Source of the DNA: Octopus vulgaris
Lineage: Eukaryota
Length of the DNA stretch: 64,000 nt
Assembly (NCBI GenBank): GCA_951406725.2
Contig: OX597818.1
Location: forward strand, 59,458,001 to 59,522,000
Direction of reading: 5' to 3'
Part shown: positions 1 to 13,498 of the stretch, piece after piece
Layout: the number at the start of each line of letters is the position of its first letter
Position numbering within the stretch: the first letter of the stretch is position 1
Translations under genes and position numbers: made by a program
Notes under the pieces: model-generated
The model's database searches: none
What the model saw: only the letters and a program-made list of their open reading frames with translations
What the model was told of the DNA's origin: nothing

Positions 1-1699
1 AGGGAGTATGACAAATGGTGACCACACCTTCTTACCGTTGTCGAGGAAATTTTGAATGTGCCGCAGCCTCAGCGCATGACTGCGCGTCACCAGCCACAGC
101 ATACTCAGCCCACCGTTCATAAGGTGTTGAAAGCGAATATAGCGCCTGAGCAGCGGAATCCGTCCCTTCCATAAAAGGCGGAAAACAAACTCTCCAGCTT
201 CACCAGGTACGAACTGGAGCAAGGCACGAATGTGAGGCGGTGGTAAATGACTGAGGCTACATATGTGTTCGCCAGCTCTGCCCCACCTTTCAAGGATCGC
301 TACCTCTCAGCCTATTTCTAGGTGAGGCTGGCTACCCTGCTCGTCACCTCGCTCCAGTTCTTCTCCAGTTGTAGTTCCGGTCCGAAACAGACCCCGAGCA
401 ATTTTACGGGCCCAACGCTGTCAGTCAGCATGGATCTGCTTCTCCAGGGGCCGAGCTGCAGGCCCACTAATTTTTACAGATTAATCTTTGCTCTCATTAC
501 TTTCTCATATTCTTTCACAGTAGTACTGACCAAATGTATATGCTTGTCGTCCGACATTATGACGAGGACGTTGTCTGCGTATACCGACACAACTCACCAC
601 CATCCTAGTTCACGCGAGATGCCTCTCAATGTCTCCAGTTTCCAAAGTAAGAGGGTCAATAAATACAGAAGGTGTTGGAAGCGTGGGTATTGGTGTGTTG
701 TTCTTGTTGCTGTTGTTCTTTTCGGATGATCTTGAATGGTTTTGTGGGGGCTACAGCTTGCTTATTTGTTGGAGCACTGTTGTGTCTCTTCTTAGACTTT
801 TAGATGTGACTTCCGTCCACTCAATTCTGTCGGTCTCCGAACAACATGTCTGAGTGGTCAGAGTCGGGAAGGGGTAGTTCTAGTGGGTCAAAATTTGCGA
901 ATGTTTTTTGTTCTCCTGAAAAGAGCTACGGTGATAGTATTTTTGTAGGCGCTGTGCTGATGGTTGAGGTCAGCCCCTCTTTTGTTATGGGCGTTGTTAT
1001 CTCTCGCGTAATAGTTGTTGTTGTTATTGGTGTGTTTGCTCGAGCCCTCTCTAGTTTCTCTTCTTGGGGTTTCTTCTCATGTTGGGGTTGCTTTTGTTGT
1101 TGAGGTTGCTTCTGTAGTTGGGGTTACTTCGGTTGTTGTGTGGGTGGTGCTTGTATCAAAAGGGTAGTGCCCTCCTTTTGTTTAATTTCTGGGCAGAAGG
1201 CTTTATGGTGGTTATTCTGTCCGTATTGATAACATCTTGGCCTTCTGCCCTCAACTGTAACGTTCAGCATAGTGCCATCTGTAAGGCTGAGTTAGTCAGG
1301 AATTTGATACAAAATGTCTTGGTTTATTTGGGTCATTATTTGTAATTCTAGACCAGTTCAGTTGTGTTTTCCTTGTTTCTCGCCTTGGATAATTCTGATT
1401 TTATCTTCCACGTCGAGGAGCACAGCGGCGACAATCCAGCAAGTATTCATTCCTGGTGGTATTTCCAGTGTTTTTATCCTGGTGACGCGCCGTCCCAAGT
1501 ATGTTGGAACTAGGACAAGTTCACTGTTTCTCAGCTGGGTTGTTGAGTGCTGCTTTGCAAATCTGACTTCAATTTTGCTAAATTTCTTACACCTTGACAT
1601 ATATGTTGTCTTTCCAAATAGGTTGCAAGCACTTTTCACCAGCTTGTTTTGTGGCAGGTTTTTAACGTCTATTTTTTAAAGATATAGTTTTATACACTA

Positions 1700-2090
1700 C
1701 TAGCAGTATCGACCGGCGTTGTTCGGGTTTGTTTCGACCTTTTATAATTGGAATTTTTGAAAAGTAAACATGTTGCATTACGTAGCTTGTTGTTCTCTTT
1801 AAGTAAACATTTTAATGGTTGAAATACACAGAAAAATGGCGACGCAGCAGTCAAAAAATCGTACAAAATAGGGATTTTCATGAGAAAAAAACACCTTTTG
1901 ATGTAAAAATTTTTTAGTATTAACATGGTCCGACTTGAATTTATTCTTTTACAGAATGAAGTGCAAACCTTCTTCTGTCATACTCTCAATTTTGGTCAAC
2001 TTGCGCCGCAGGGTCTCGGAGGAAATAGTGTTAGTTGAAGGCTACAACAGCTGCCATACACAGACAACTTCAGCTTTGTATATATAGAGA
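1700..2090 (-). mobile_element. Non-autonomous Helitron (subfamily 1) inserted in LINE ORF1
   Basis: On the minus strand it starts TC(tctatatatac) and ends with a GC hairpin (cccgaacaacgccgg) then CTAG. Inserted between A and T with no TSD. Near-identical copies at 4672, 26215 and 38389. Confidence 0.8.
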
Positions 2091-2385
2091 TGGTACTTTT
2101 GTTCGTATTGTCTATAATATCTGGAGGTGTGTTTATCAAAGCACATCTTTCGCTTTTTCTTTTTAACATGTTTCTGTAGTCTTTGAGAGATTCTACAGAA
2201 ATATTAATGAGTTCATTTCTAGGCTTTGTCATTGAAGCAAAACCTCAGCTGTTTAATGCATTCAGTTGTTTTGTTGTTGTTGAATTTCAATGTCTTAGCG
2301 TTAGGTTTGGTAGTGGGAGGGAGGGGCTTTGATTCACAGGTGTTGCGACGTTAGCAGCGTCCATTAGCTGAATTTCCTTGCTCTT

Positions 2386-2467
2386 TTCTTCTTCTTCTTC
2401 TTCTTCTTCTTCTTCTTCTTCTTCTTCTTCTTCTTCTTCTCCTTCTTCTTCTTCTTCTTCTTCTTCT
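2386..2467. repeat. (TTC)n microsatellite
   Basis: Direct reading; source of the poly-E/R/S ORFs. Confidence 0.95.
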
Positions 2468-3082
2468 CGTTTCTTGTTTTTCCTTCTGTTGCTCAGCATT
2501 GCACGTGCTAGGAAGGCTTTGGTCGTCTCTCTCTCTCTCTCTCCGTCTTTTAATGCGCGGAGAGGGCGGAGACAATTCATTTTAAAACAGTTTTAGCTGT
2601 TTTCCGACAGCAGAGGGGGAAGTTAAAAAGAAAGGAAGAGCTGACACTCTTCTCCAAGGACATTTTGCAAATTTTAAAATTGAAAAATGAAAAGAAGAAT
2701 AATTTAAATTGAAATTTGGGCCTCCAAAAGAGTAAAGTTCTGCCTAACTGCTTACCTACACAGGAACCCAGTCGGCCTAATCTCAGAAATATCCTAAAAC
2801 GTTTTCAGAAACAACAATATTATCTGTAAAAATTGACCAAAAGCTTACAGATCACGAACACACGTCCCTCCTCAATGTAATCTACGAGCAGATTCGTATA
2901 GTAATAATAGTTTTAATAATTGTAATAATAATGACTATTCGATCGTTTTTGCTTTCTAGTTCGAATACTGTCGAGGTCGACTTTGAATTTCATTCTTTTG
3001 CAGTCGATAAAATAAATACAATTTGAGAAATGGGGATGGTTTTTGCTTCCCGAATTCCCGGCCAGGTGTCAGAATTTGAAAC

Positions 3083-3114
3083 CAGCAGCAGCAACAGTGG
3101 CAGCAGCGGTGGCG

Positions 3115-3166
<52 letters not shown>

Positions 3167-3193
3167 GAGGAGGAGGAGGAGGGGCAGTAGCAG
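3083..3193. repeat. Compound (GCA)n/(GTA)n/(GGA)n microsatellite
   Basis: Direct reading. Confidence 0.9.
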
Positions 3194-4671
3194 TTGAAAA
3201 CTTCTTCGTCTATGAAGAAAAGACAAGAATGCCCTGATGGTACCTAACATCACGATTCTTAATTTAGCCGACAAAAGAGGAGAATTATCGACATCATCTC
3301 ACCAATCTCTAAACTTGTGAATAAACACAGAGTATGCTTTGCTGGTTCCTGCTACTGTGCAGGGCCTATCAGAATTTCTATTTGGGATTCTTCCGCAAAA
3401 TAAATGAAAATGTTATTGGCAGACATACAGAACATCAATTTGAACAGAGAGGGTAGAAATTCCTGGTGCCGTTTTGCTCTAGGAATCAATGTTGCGGCCG
3501 TTGGAAGAAGGGAGAAGAGAAGACGAATACGAGGAGTTGGGGTTTATTATGCAATCAGATATTTCCCTTAATCTCTTTGGATTATTTGTTACGAATATTT
3601 ATGGATGATAATTAATGTAAATATAAATATATCTGCGAGTATAATTGATGTTCATTCGTCCAGAATTAATGAAATATTTATCTGTATTGCATCTAACTCG
3701 ATTCAATGCATACACAGATCTCTTTGCGAAATTTTAATTTATCCTGCATCGAATCATGTCAATTGGAATAAGAGTGAGAGTCCTCGACAAAATAAATATA
3801 AAGCCCAACAGTGGAGTCTGTACGAGGAGGAGTTATTTACGCTAATGTTCCTCTGAAGATGTTATATGAAGGAGATAACAGGAACGATGTATCAAGTGTT
3901 TGAATTCCACTTGGAAGAAATACAGAAGAAATACGGAAGATAATGATATGAAGAAGACTGGGTACAGTATTCATTTCATGGTCTGAGTCAAGAATGCCTA
4001 ATAGAAATAACAGAAGAACCAGCTTTGAGGAGAAGGGGTTATTATTAAAATCGGAAAGAGAGAGAGATAGACACACAGACAGAGAGAAAGAGAGATGAAG
4101 CCAGTTGCTGGAGAGTGGTATAGGTGACTTGACACTAGACATTCATGAATATCAATCTATTATATTATTTGTATTCGATATAAGTCTTATAATAAGTGGA
4201 ATATTTTATACGCGTGTAGCTTTACTTCATAGATTTCATTCGTAAACGAATCGGTAACCGGTCTAGTTTTTCATTGTTACTATTTCTACTTGATCTAATG
4301 TGATTTTAGAATACATACAGAAAGAGGTGATTTGGCAGCTGAATCAATAAAACGAAACCAAATTAAACAAAGTGTTAGAAATAAACAAATGTAAAAATCG
4401 AATGGCTTGAACGTGCGACAGAAAAAAAAACACTTTCAACAATTACTCTTTAAACTTTCACCTATATTATTATTATTATCATTCATTAAATAATAAATTC
4501 CCTACTCCAATTAAGCAAGACTAGTAAAATATAATATACATAAAAGATATTCAGTTGAAGTGGTCATTTTTGGTTTTTGGGTAGACGTCATCTACAAAAA
4601 TAATATGAGAAGACCATAGGCCAAAGCTTCACTTTCTATTCTACATTTCTTTTTAGATTTTTATCGTAATA

Positions 4672-5042
4672 CTAGCAGTATCGCCCTGCGTTGCTCGGGT
4701 TTTTTTCGACCCTTTAGAATTGGAATTTTGGAAAAGTAAACATTGAGCATTATGTAGCTTGTTATTCTCTTTAAGTGAACATTTTTATGGTTGAGATACA
4801 CCGAAAAATGGTGACCCTGCAGTAAAAAAATCGTAAACAATTGGAATTTTCATAGAAAAAAAGCACCTTTTTGATGTAAATAAACTTTGGTGTTAACATG
4901 GTCCGATTTGAATTCTTTCTTCTACGGAAGGAAGAGCAAGCCTTCGTCTATCATACTCTCAATTTTGGTGAACTTGCGCCGCAGAGTCTCGGAGGAGATA
5001 GTGTTAGTTGAAGCCTACCAAACCTGACATACACCGACAACT
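4672..5042 (-). mobile_element. Non-autonomous Helitron subfamily 1, slightly 5'-truncated
   Basis: Begins ctagcagtatcgccctgcgttgctcggg (reverse complement of the hairpin+CTAG end); body matches 1700-2090. Confidence 0.75.
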
Positions 5043-5973
5043 ATGCAATATACGGAAGTAAATGTATTTGTCTAGGCAATATAGAAAGATTGAAGTATTT
5101 TTCTCATGTAGTTGATGGTGGATTACTATTTAATAAAACCTGCTGTACAGAACCAGTTATCATAAGCAATAAAAGCACTTAGATAATTAATAACAGTGAA
5201 AAAACATTAATTACTCGCAATGAGAAGTGACCATAATTGCAGGATATGTACAGGTCAATGACATTCTTTCCGTGATAAAATGCCAACCTATACTCTAACT
5301 AACCATACACTCGTTAGAGATACCGAACAGAGATATTAATTTGTTACATTCTCGTTCAAATTTCCAACACGCACGTGTGTACCATTGACAGTTCTAGCAG
5401 AACTAACAGCTTCATTCCAAGTTCCGATGTGGCATTAGTAATGAGATGCAAAACAATTAGAGAAAAGTTTATTATCCACAACAATTCTCAACAATTTTAC
5501 GATGTGACAATTTTGTCGAGTCAGCCATTGTAATGGCCGAGGTTATTGTCTTATATAATCGGCAGCTATATCTGTACACAATCAGACGTGTTAAATTTCC
5601 ATATTTTCTAATGAACCTCAACAATGTTCAACCGTAATTATATTTTGAACAGTTGGTATCATAAGAAATGTATATCATTTTTACTAATGCAATCATTGTC
5701 TTTGAAGTCCGATTGTCTTTTTTTTCACAGAGTTTCAATTTATTCTGCATCCATTCTCAAACAACAACCATGGCTTCATTAAATGCGCTTGCCCTCGTGA
5801 AAGATTGCCTTTAAAAAGCCAGTAAAACCATAATTTCCAACTCGTTATTCACGAGTAAATGTGAATTTTTATAATTAAAAATTGGGATAGATCTTCGAAT
5901 TTCGATGTAGAATATTTCTTCGATGAGTGATTTCCATTCACTCAATTTATTTTTATTATATTAGGCATGTCAT

Positions 5974-6867
5974 GGCGGCGTGCTGGCAGAGTCGTTAGCA
6001 CACAAAGCGTAATGCTTAGCGGTATTTCGTCTGCCGCTACGTTCTGAGTTCAAATTCCACCGAGGTCGACTTTGCCTTTCATCCTTTCGGGGTTGCTTGA
6101 ATAAGTACCAGTTACGCACTGGGTCGATGTAATCGACTTAATTCCTTTATCTGTCTTTGTGTGTCCACTCTATGTTTAGCCCCTCGTGGGTAGTAAAGAA
6201 ATAGGTATTTCGTCTGCCGTTACGTTCTGAGTTCAAATACCGCCGAGGTCGACTTTGCCTTTCATCCTTTCGAGGTCGATAAATTAAGTACCAGTTACGC
6301 ACTGGAGTCGATATAGTCAACTTAATCCTTTGTCTGTCCTTGTTTGTTCTGCCTGTGTTTAGCCCTTTATTGGCAATAAAGATATAGGTATTTCGTCTGC
6401 CGTTACGTTCTGAGTTCATATTCCGCCTAGGTCGACTTTTCCTTTCATCCTTTCGGGGCGATTAAATAAGTACCAGTTACGCACTGGAGTCGATATAATA
6501 GACTTAATCCGTTTGTCTGTCCGTGTTTGTCCTCTCTGTGTTTAGACCCTTGTGAGTAGTGAAGAAATAGAATAGGTATTTCGTCTGCCGTTACGTTCCG
6601 AGTTCATATTCCGCCGAGGTCGACTTTTCCTTTCATCCTTTCGGGGTCGATTAAATAAGTACCAGTTACGCACTGGAGTCGATATAATTGACTTAATCCG
6701 TTTGTCTGTCCTTGTTTGTCCTCTCTGTGTTTAGCCCCTTGTGGGTAGTAAAGAAATAGAAATAGGTATTTCGTCTGATAAATTAAGAATCAGCTGAGTT
6801 CTGGGGTTGATGTGATGAACTGTTCCCCTCCCCATAACATCCGGGTCTTTTGCCTATGCTAGAAAGA
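5974..6867 (+). mobile_element. tRNA-derived SINE family A as a tandem array of four ~184-bp units
   Basis: A-box-like tggcagagtcg and B-box gagttcaaattcc. Core gcctttcatcctttcggggtcgataaattaagtacc. Units restart at ggtatttcgtctgcc (~6021, 6203, 6387, 6575). Flanked by attatattaggcatgt/attatattaggtatgt (5955-5970, 6868-6883). Confidence 0.85.
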
Positions 6868-7413
6868 ATTATATTAGGTATGTTTCGTAAATTAAACTAC
6901 AAATATTTTGCATTCTGTTAAGTTTTACATCTTGAATCAACGCGTATTAAACATTTAATCTTGATATTGTAGGGAATGTGATTAAAGTAATTAGAACCGC
7001 AGAAAGAACTGTCATTTTTCTAGTGCAAATGAGATTTTCGCTTTTTAACCATTATTCCAAAACAAACACCATGATAATAATGAGCTTACCAAATTGAGGC
7101 GATAATTATTCTTACACACGCATTCGGCCATATTCTAATCAGATGCTCAGGTGGGACATCAAATGACCATGTGCGCCTTTTAGTTTATTTTTCCTCCTGC
7201 AAATCATTCGACAAATCTTACAGCTTCATTAATGCTATGATTAAAACTTGAACCTTTTGCTCATTTGTAGGTTGATTACACATCTGATTAAATAAATTGA
7301 ATAATGAAACATTTTTCCAGGAGTACGTTTCATCAAAACATGTAAGCTAACTACCAAACAGTAGATATCCTGAGTAAGTTCTCGGCACTGAAATTTTTTT
7401 TAAATGTGATATA

Positions 7414-7570
7414 TGCTCAGGAGTGGCTTTGTTTGCTTACCAACCACATGGTTCCGGGTTCAGTCCCATAGCGTGGTACCGTGAGCAAGTGTCTTCTACT
7501 TTAGCCTCAGGCCGACCAATGCCTTGTGAGTGGATTTGGTAGACGGAATCTGTGAGAAGCTCGTCGTATG

Positions 7571-7618
<48 letters not shown>

Positions 7619-7833
7619 TGTATGTATATATGTGTGTTTGTCCTCGCCAACATCGCTTGACAACCGATGGTGGTGTGTTTACGTCCCCGTAACTTAGCGG
7701 TTCGGCAAAGGAGACCGATAGAATAAGTATTAGGCTTACGAAGAATAAGTACTGGGGTCGATTTGTTCGAATAAAGGCGGTGCTCCAGCATGGCCGCAGC
7801 CAATTGACTGAAATGAATAAAAGAGTAAACGAA
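7414..7833 (+). mobile_element. tRNA-derived SINE family B (CORE-like body, internal microsatellite, gtaaaaga tail)
   Basis: Head caggagtggct..gggttcagtccca, CORE-like gcaagtgtcttctact, and a 3' ggtgctccagcatggccgcag..tgaaa tail; ten copies in the window. Confidence 0.85.
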
Positions 7834-8345
7834 TATAAAACAAAATGTATTTACTACGGGGCCAAAAATTTCAGGTTGGTATGTTCATGTATCCTCACAG
7901 CAGTTTATATGTAAAAATATGTCAGTTTCTATCACAGGGGATTATAGGAAACAAATATAAGTAGGATCGCAAAAGTGACGTAGTCTTTGTGGCGCTGCGA
8001 ATCTTCCACAGTGAGCGGATAACTGACATGTTTTGGGGACGATAATTTTTGCATTTGAACGCAAACTCAAAGTCACGCGCCTGCAGGCAGACAAGTACAG
8101 ATAAACAGAGGTGGATATTGCAATTTCTAGATTGGACAGGATTTACCTAGTTCAGTTAACCCTATTCCAAAACATAGAAATGTATATAGATGTTTATGCT
8201 CGCATATATAACAGAACGGAAGAAAGAAACGCACATAGAATAAGGAGAGAATGAGTGACACTTTAAAATGTCTGATGTCAAATAGTGGGTATATACCTCT
8301 TTCATACATCACATTGGAGCTCGTAGTATCGAACTATATATTATA

Positions 8346-8743
8346 CTAGCAGTATCGCCCGGCGTTGCTCGGGTTGGTAAGGGAAATAACTATATAAGCA
8401 TTTTTAGAGATGTAAAGTATAATAGCCATCTCAATATGGCTAACCACAAAGGGAGGGGGTGTTACTGTAGCTTTTTACGTTCTGAGATTTAATAATAAAT
8501 TTTTAGAGAATTACTTCCCTTATATATGCCAAAAATGCATGAAAAATGGGAAAAATCGATGGTAATTTTTTTTTTAAATCGTAGGCTCATCATAGACGCG
8601 CGCTAATACCCAGAAGTGCTCGATATGAATCACGACTATAAGATACTCGGTTTTGGTTAAACTGCACCGCAAAATGTGGGAGTAGTTAGGAATCTAAATT
8701 GTAGGAGACAGACAGCACACAACCTTACTTTTATATATAACGA
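8346..8743 (-). mobile_element. Non-autonomous Helitron subfamily 2
   Basis: Same 3' hairpin+CTAG end (cccgagcaacgccgggcgatactgctag on minus), TC start, A|T insertion. The 3' ~80 bp are shared with 49537-49907. Confidence 0.7.
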
Positions 8744-8772
8744 TTACATATTAAAGAATACAATGAGCTCAC

Positions 8773-9228
8773 TGGTTTTTTTTGCTCAATGTTCCCAGGG
8801 CTCCGACAATTATTGGTACTACTGCTACCTTTTTAATCGACTACACCTGCTTAAATTCCCAAGCTAACCTGTCATATCTATCGACTTTTCTTTCTTCCTT
8901 ATCGCATACATTGTTCTCAGTTGGGTATGCAATATCTATGATGCATCATAGTTTGTTTTCTTCTTCAATTAAGACTACGTCTGGCTTACTATTTTCTGCT
9001 CTGTCCAGTTCATACTTGTTGCAAAGTGTCCAGTGCTCAAGCCTGGCTATATAGTCGTGATGTCCCTTATAGTCCCTCTGGGCTAGGGCCGTACATTGGC
9101 TGGTAATATGCCATACAGTTTCACCATTTTGTCCACAGATTCTGCACTTTTCACTTTCTGATGTGTTGTGTATTCTGTATTTTATGTAGTTTGTCCTTAG
9201 TGCTTGCTCTTGGGAAGCACACGTTTGT
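8773..9228 (-). mobile_element. R4/Dong-like non-LTR retrotransposon fragment (CCHC finger and restriction-like endonuclease)
   Basis: QEQALRTNYIKYRIHNTSESEKCRICGQNGETVWHITSQC...KPDVVLIEEENKL*CIIDIAYP...VPIIVGALG; typical RLE-type C-terminus. Confidence 0.8.
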
Positions 9229-9240
9229 TTAATTATTTTT

Positions 9241-9288
<48 letters not shown>

Positions 9289-9327
9289 GTCGTCGTCATC
9301 ATCATCATCATCATCATCATCATTATT

Positions 9328-9384
<57 letters not shown>

Positions 9385-9385
9385 T
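9241..9385. repeat. (ATC)n/(ATT)n microsatellite
   Basis: Direct reading. Confidence 0.95.
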
Positions 9386-9389
9386 TTAT

Positions 9390-9816
9390 TTTCCTTCTTT
9401 CTTCAAATTTTCTTCCGTTTCTCGCCGAGTATTTTCAGTACACCTACGGCAGAGAAGCTCATTATATGCATTCCCAGATTACACGCTAATTCACAGGTAA
9501 AATATGTATTTTATTTATTAATAAATAAATAAATAAATAAATAAATTCAGGAATGGATGTTGTTTTCACAGCAATAATGCTCTTCTCGGTACATGAGCCG
9601 TGCCAGTTAACACGACTTTTTGCACTTCCTGTAGGGATGGTAAGCCAGGTATCATTTTCAAATAAGTTTCAGTACCTTTTTTTAATCATTCCTAGACATC
9701 CTACAATTACTGGTACTGTAGTCGCCTTGAGATACCACAATTTCTCACTTTCTATTAGAAAGTTTTTATATTTACTGATCTTGTCAAATTATTTCGCCGC
9801 TATATTGTGATCGCAA
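9390..9816 (-). mobile_element. R4/Dong-like 3' fragment 2
   Basis: KISKYKNFLIESEKLWYLKATTVPVIVGCLGMIKK; the 3' end abuts (TAA)n. Confidence 0.7.
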
Positions 9817-9880
9817 TTATTATTATCATTATTATTATTGTTATTGCTGTTGTTGTTGTTATTGTTGTTATTATTATTAT

Positions 9881-10270
9881 TCTGTTTGACTTTTGCTTTA
9901 TATCTGTACAAGTTGGCTCCAAGTCTCACCCATAGACCTCAATAGACAACAGGTTGGAAGTTCATGTTGTTGTTATGCCTAGTGTGCCATATATTTGGTT
10001 TTGTACGTAGTGTTGTACTAGAGAATGTCTAAGAAACCATAAGAAAATTATGTTTGTTTTAAAACTTGAGATTACATAGAAAGTATTTTGCGTAGGATAT
10101 GAACTGTTCCCATGAGAACTAACTTTTGAACTTCTGCCATTTTTGGGTTTCCTGGTATCTGAGTTAGGTAGTAATCAGCCCCTTTTGCTATCATTCCCAG
10201 GGTAGCTATGACAACAAGTATTGCTTTAGTGTTCATGTTCCACATTTCGCTGATTTCTATTTCAAGATAT
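9881..10270 (-). mobile_element. R4/Dong-like 3' fragment 3
   Basis: KYLEIEISEMWNMNTKAILVVIATLGMIAKG...EVQKLVLMGTVHILRKILSM*, then a 3' UTR ending at (TAA)n. Confidence 0.75.
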
Positions 10271-10273
10271 TTA

Positions 10274-10304
<31 letters not shown>

Positions 10305-10953
10305 CATTCAGTAGTTTTATTTGTTATAGCGTGCTTTCACTTCACTACCGAGCGCAGCTCTGTGTGCCTTGGGTATGTGCTGTGATTTCTTGTGATGCTC
10401 TGATGGTTATTGTATGGAAAGTGTTCTGCGTAGGATGTGTGCAGTGCCTAGTACTGCAATTTTATGTATGTTATATGTGTTTGTAAGTCCTGGTGTTTTT
10501 GTTATGTATTTGTCTGAATATCTTTTTATCATGCCTAATGCACCTACTATGATAGGAATTGTTTCTGTTTTCAGATTCCACATTCTAGTTACCTCTATTT
10601 CCAGGTTTTGTATTTTGAGAGTTTCTCCATTTCTTTTAGAGACACGTTGTCATCTGCCGGTATTGATACATCAATTAGAAAGCATTTTTTTCTTCATGAT
10701 CTCTGACAACTATATCTGGTCTGTTGGCCTTAATTTCTCTATCTGTGTGTATCGGCATATCCCAGAGTATGGTTGCTTTCTCGCTTTCTGTGACCTTTTC
10801 TGGTGTGTGCCTATACCATCTTTTTTCTGTTGTTATTCCATAATGTTGGCATAGCTTTATGGAATAACAACAGAAAAAAGATGGTATAGGCACACACCAG
10901 AAAAGGTCACAGAAAACGAGAAAGCAACCATACTCTGGTTGCTTTCTCGTTTT

Positions 10954-10957
<4 letters not shown>
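10305..10957 (-). mobile_element. R4/Dong-like 3' fragment 4 with a 5' inverted duplication
   Basis: WYRHTPEKVTESEKATILWDMPIHTDREIKANRPDIVVRD...LEIEVTRMWNLKTETIPIIVGALG...LGTAHILRRTLS; flanked by (ATT)n. Confidence 0.85.
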
Positions 10958-11027
<70 letters not shown>

Positions 11028-11088
11028 CATTGTTGTTGTTGTTGTTGTTGTTATTGTTATTATTGTTGTTGTTATTATCATCATCATT

Positions 11089-11122
<34 letters not shown>

Positions 11123-11125
11123 CCA
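10958..11125. repeat. (ATT)n/(GTT)n/(ATC)n microsatellite
   Basis: Direct reading. Confidence 0.95.
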
Positions 11126-12335
11126 CAACCAACACCATCTAATGTTATTGTTTTTTTTTATATTGACAGATACTGTATTTTATAGAAGTCGTTTCAATTT
11201 AATCCTGAAAAACGACTAGAATAGTAAAGATTTCTTGTAAGTCAAAGCTTCAGTGATCGAAGGTCGATGTAAACAGAGGATGATTGTTCTATTATTATAC
11301 GTAAGTACTTGCTCAAAGTAAAGGAAAAAACAAAACCATTCAAATACTGAACAACCCTCTGTACCAGTCTGTATATCAAATAACTGAGGCCATTTAGTTT
11401 GTTGTTCCATAGCCCTTGATAAGCTACGATTGGCAAAGATTACGTTAAAAGTATTTTGGGTATATGGTTTTCTTGTTGGTTATTTCGGTCTACATTACAA
11501 AAGGAATCCATTTTAAAAGCAAGATGGCGTAACTGTTTCTTTGTTATTTCTAGAATATTGATTCACTACGTAAAAGCGATTTCGTTGGCTTTGGGGGTTT
11601 GTAAGTTCATTTGACATACGAAAGTTAAATTATTCAAATGTTTAATATTTAACCCCCCCCCCCATTCAATGTGGTTTACTTCATTTTTAAATCCTGATAA
11701 ATAAAATTAAACACAATGAGTCAAATTTTTTTATGAAGAATAAGAATAAAAAATTAGAGTATTTGTAGCGAATGGAACAAATGGGGCAAATACGATAATG
11801 CCCGATAGGGGGTTGCGAAGGAAACAAAGTACCAATCATAATCCAAATCAAAAGAGCTAAAGACATTTTGAAATTTTAACGTTGAGAATGGGAAGAACAT
11901 GTGGAAAAGTCATGCTAGGAATCCCTGATCTATTGTACTTGCTACGATTCCATACATTTCTATGGAAATGCTATAGATTTTCATTCTTTCGAATTTACCA
12001 GAGTAGGTTATTGGGATTTATTTACGTTTTCTTTCTCGGAATAAAAGGTGAGTTATCTATTAAAGCTGAATATAAGAACGTAATAATATTTCATTCTAGT
12101 TATTTCTGCTCCTCAAACTGTCTTTTAAAATTAAAATTCATCCTGCAGCGAACCAAATTACATACTGCAAGATATACGTGAAAATATCCAGGGAATCTAT
12201 TCGATCGAAATAAATTCAAAATATTCTCAATGCATTCCTTCACAATCTTACAGCTTTTGCTAGCACGGTTCCAGTTATTAGTGTTTCTTATTCTTCAATT
12301 CTTCAAATCTAATTTTCTCCATTACTTTATTCGAA

Positions 12336-12920
<585 letters not shown>

Positions 12921-12924
<4 letters not shown>

Positions 12925-12983
12925 ATAAAAACGGTAAGATAACAAAAGAAAGCAAGAGCCCTCGAGATTATGAAAATAGAGGA

Positions 12984-13036
<53 letters not shown>

Positions 13037-13446
13037 AGTTCAGAATATATTTTCTGATATATATAAAGTGAAAGAAACTCGCAAGAATACCAGTCGCTGC
13101 GGTAAAGAATTATTGGAAAGGCATTTGGTATATGCGTTCTTTTTCATCTAATATCTTTTATCTTTTATCTGTATATATCCGTAACAATAGACTGTGGCCA
13201 TGCTGGAATGTTGCCTTGAAATGGCTAGTCGAAAAATATCGATCCCAAAATTTATGGCTTAACTCTCGTAATTATATTCTTGATATATCTTACATCGCAG
13301 CGCGAAGTTACGGTATATAAAACAGAAAACGCGATAATGAGGGACAGACAATTTCCTTTTCTCTCTCTCATATATATATATATATTTATATATATATATA
13401 CATATATATATACATATATATGTATATATACATATATATATACATA

Positions 13447-13498
<52 letters not shown>

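Larger units (their letters stand above)
1..2890 (-). mobile_element. Decayed, internally deleted Tx1/L1-clade non-LTR retrotransposon (5' region, ORF1 with gag zinc knuckle, and RT fragment running off the window start)
   Basis: Minus-strand translation of ~590-420 gives VSVYADNVLVIMSDDKHIHLVSTTVKEYEKVMRAKINL*KLVGLQLGPWR (RT YADD motif and L1/Tx1 downstream motifs). ~1255-1190 gives VEGRRPRCYQYGQNNHHKAFCP (degenerate CCHC knuckle). ORF1 pieces 1358-1639 and 2091-2232 rejoin when the Helitron is removed. Confidence 0.8.

Noticed and set aside
322-1679. Plus-strand ORFs of 74-135 aa
   Set aside because: Antisense shadows of the minus-strand LINE.
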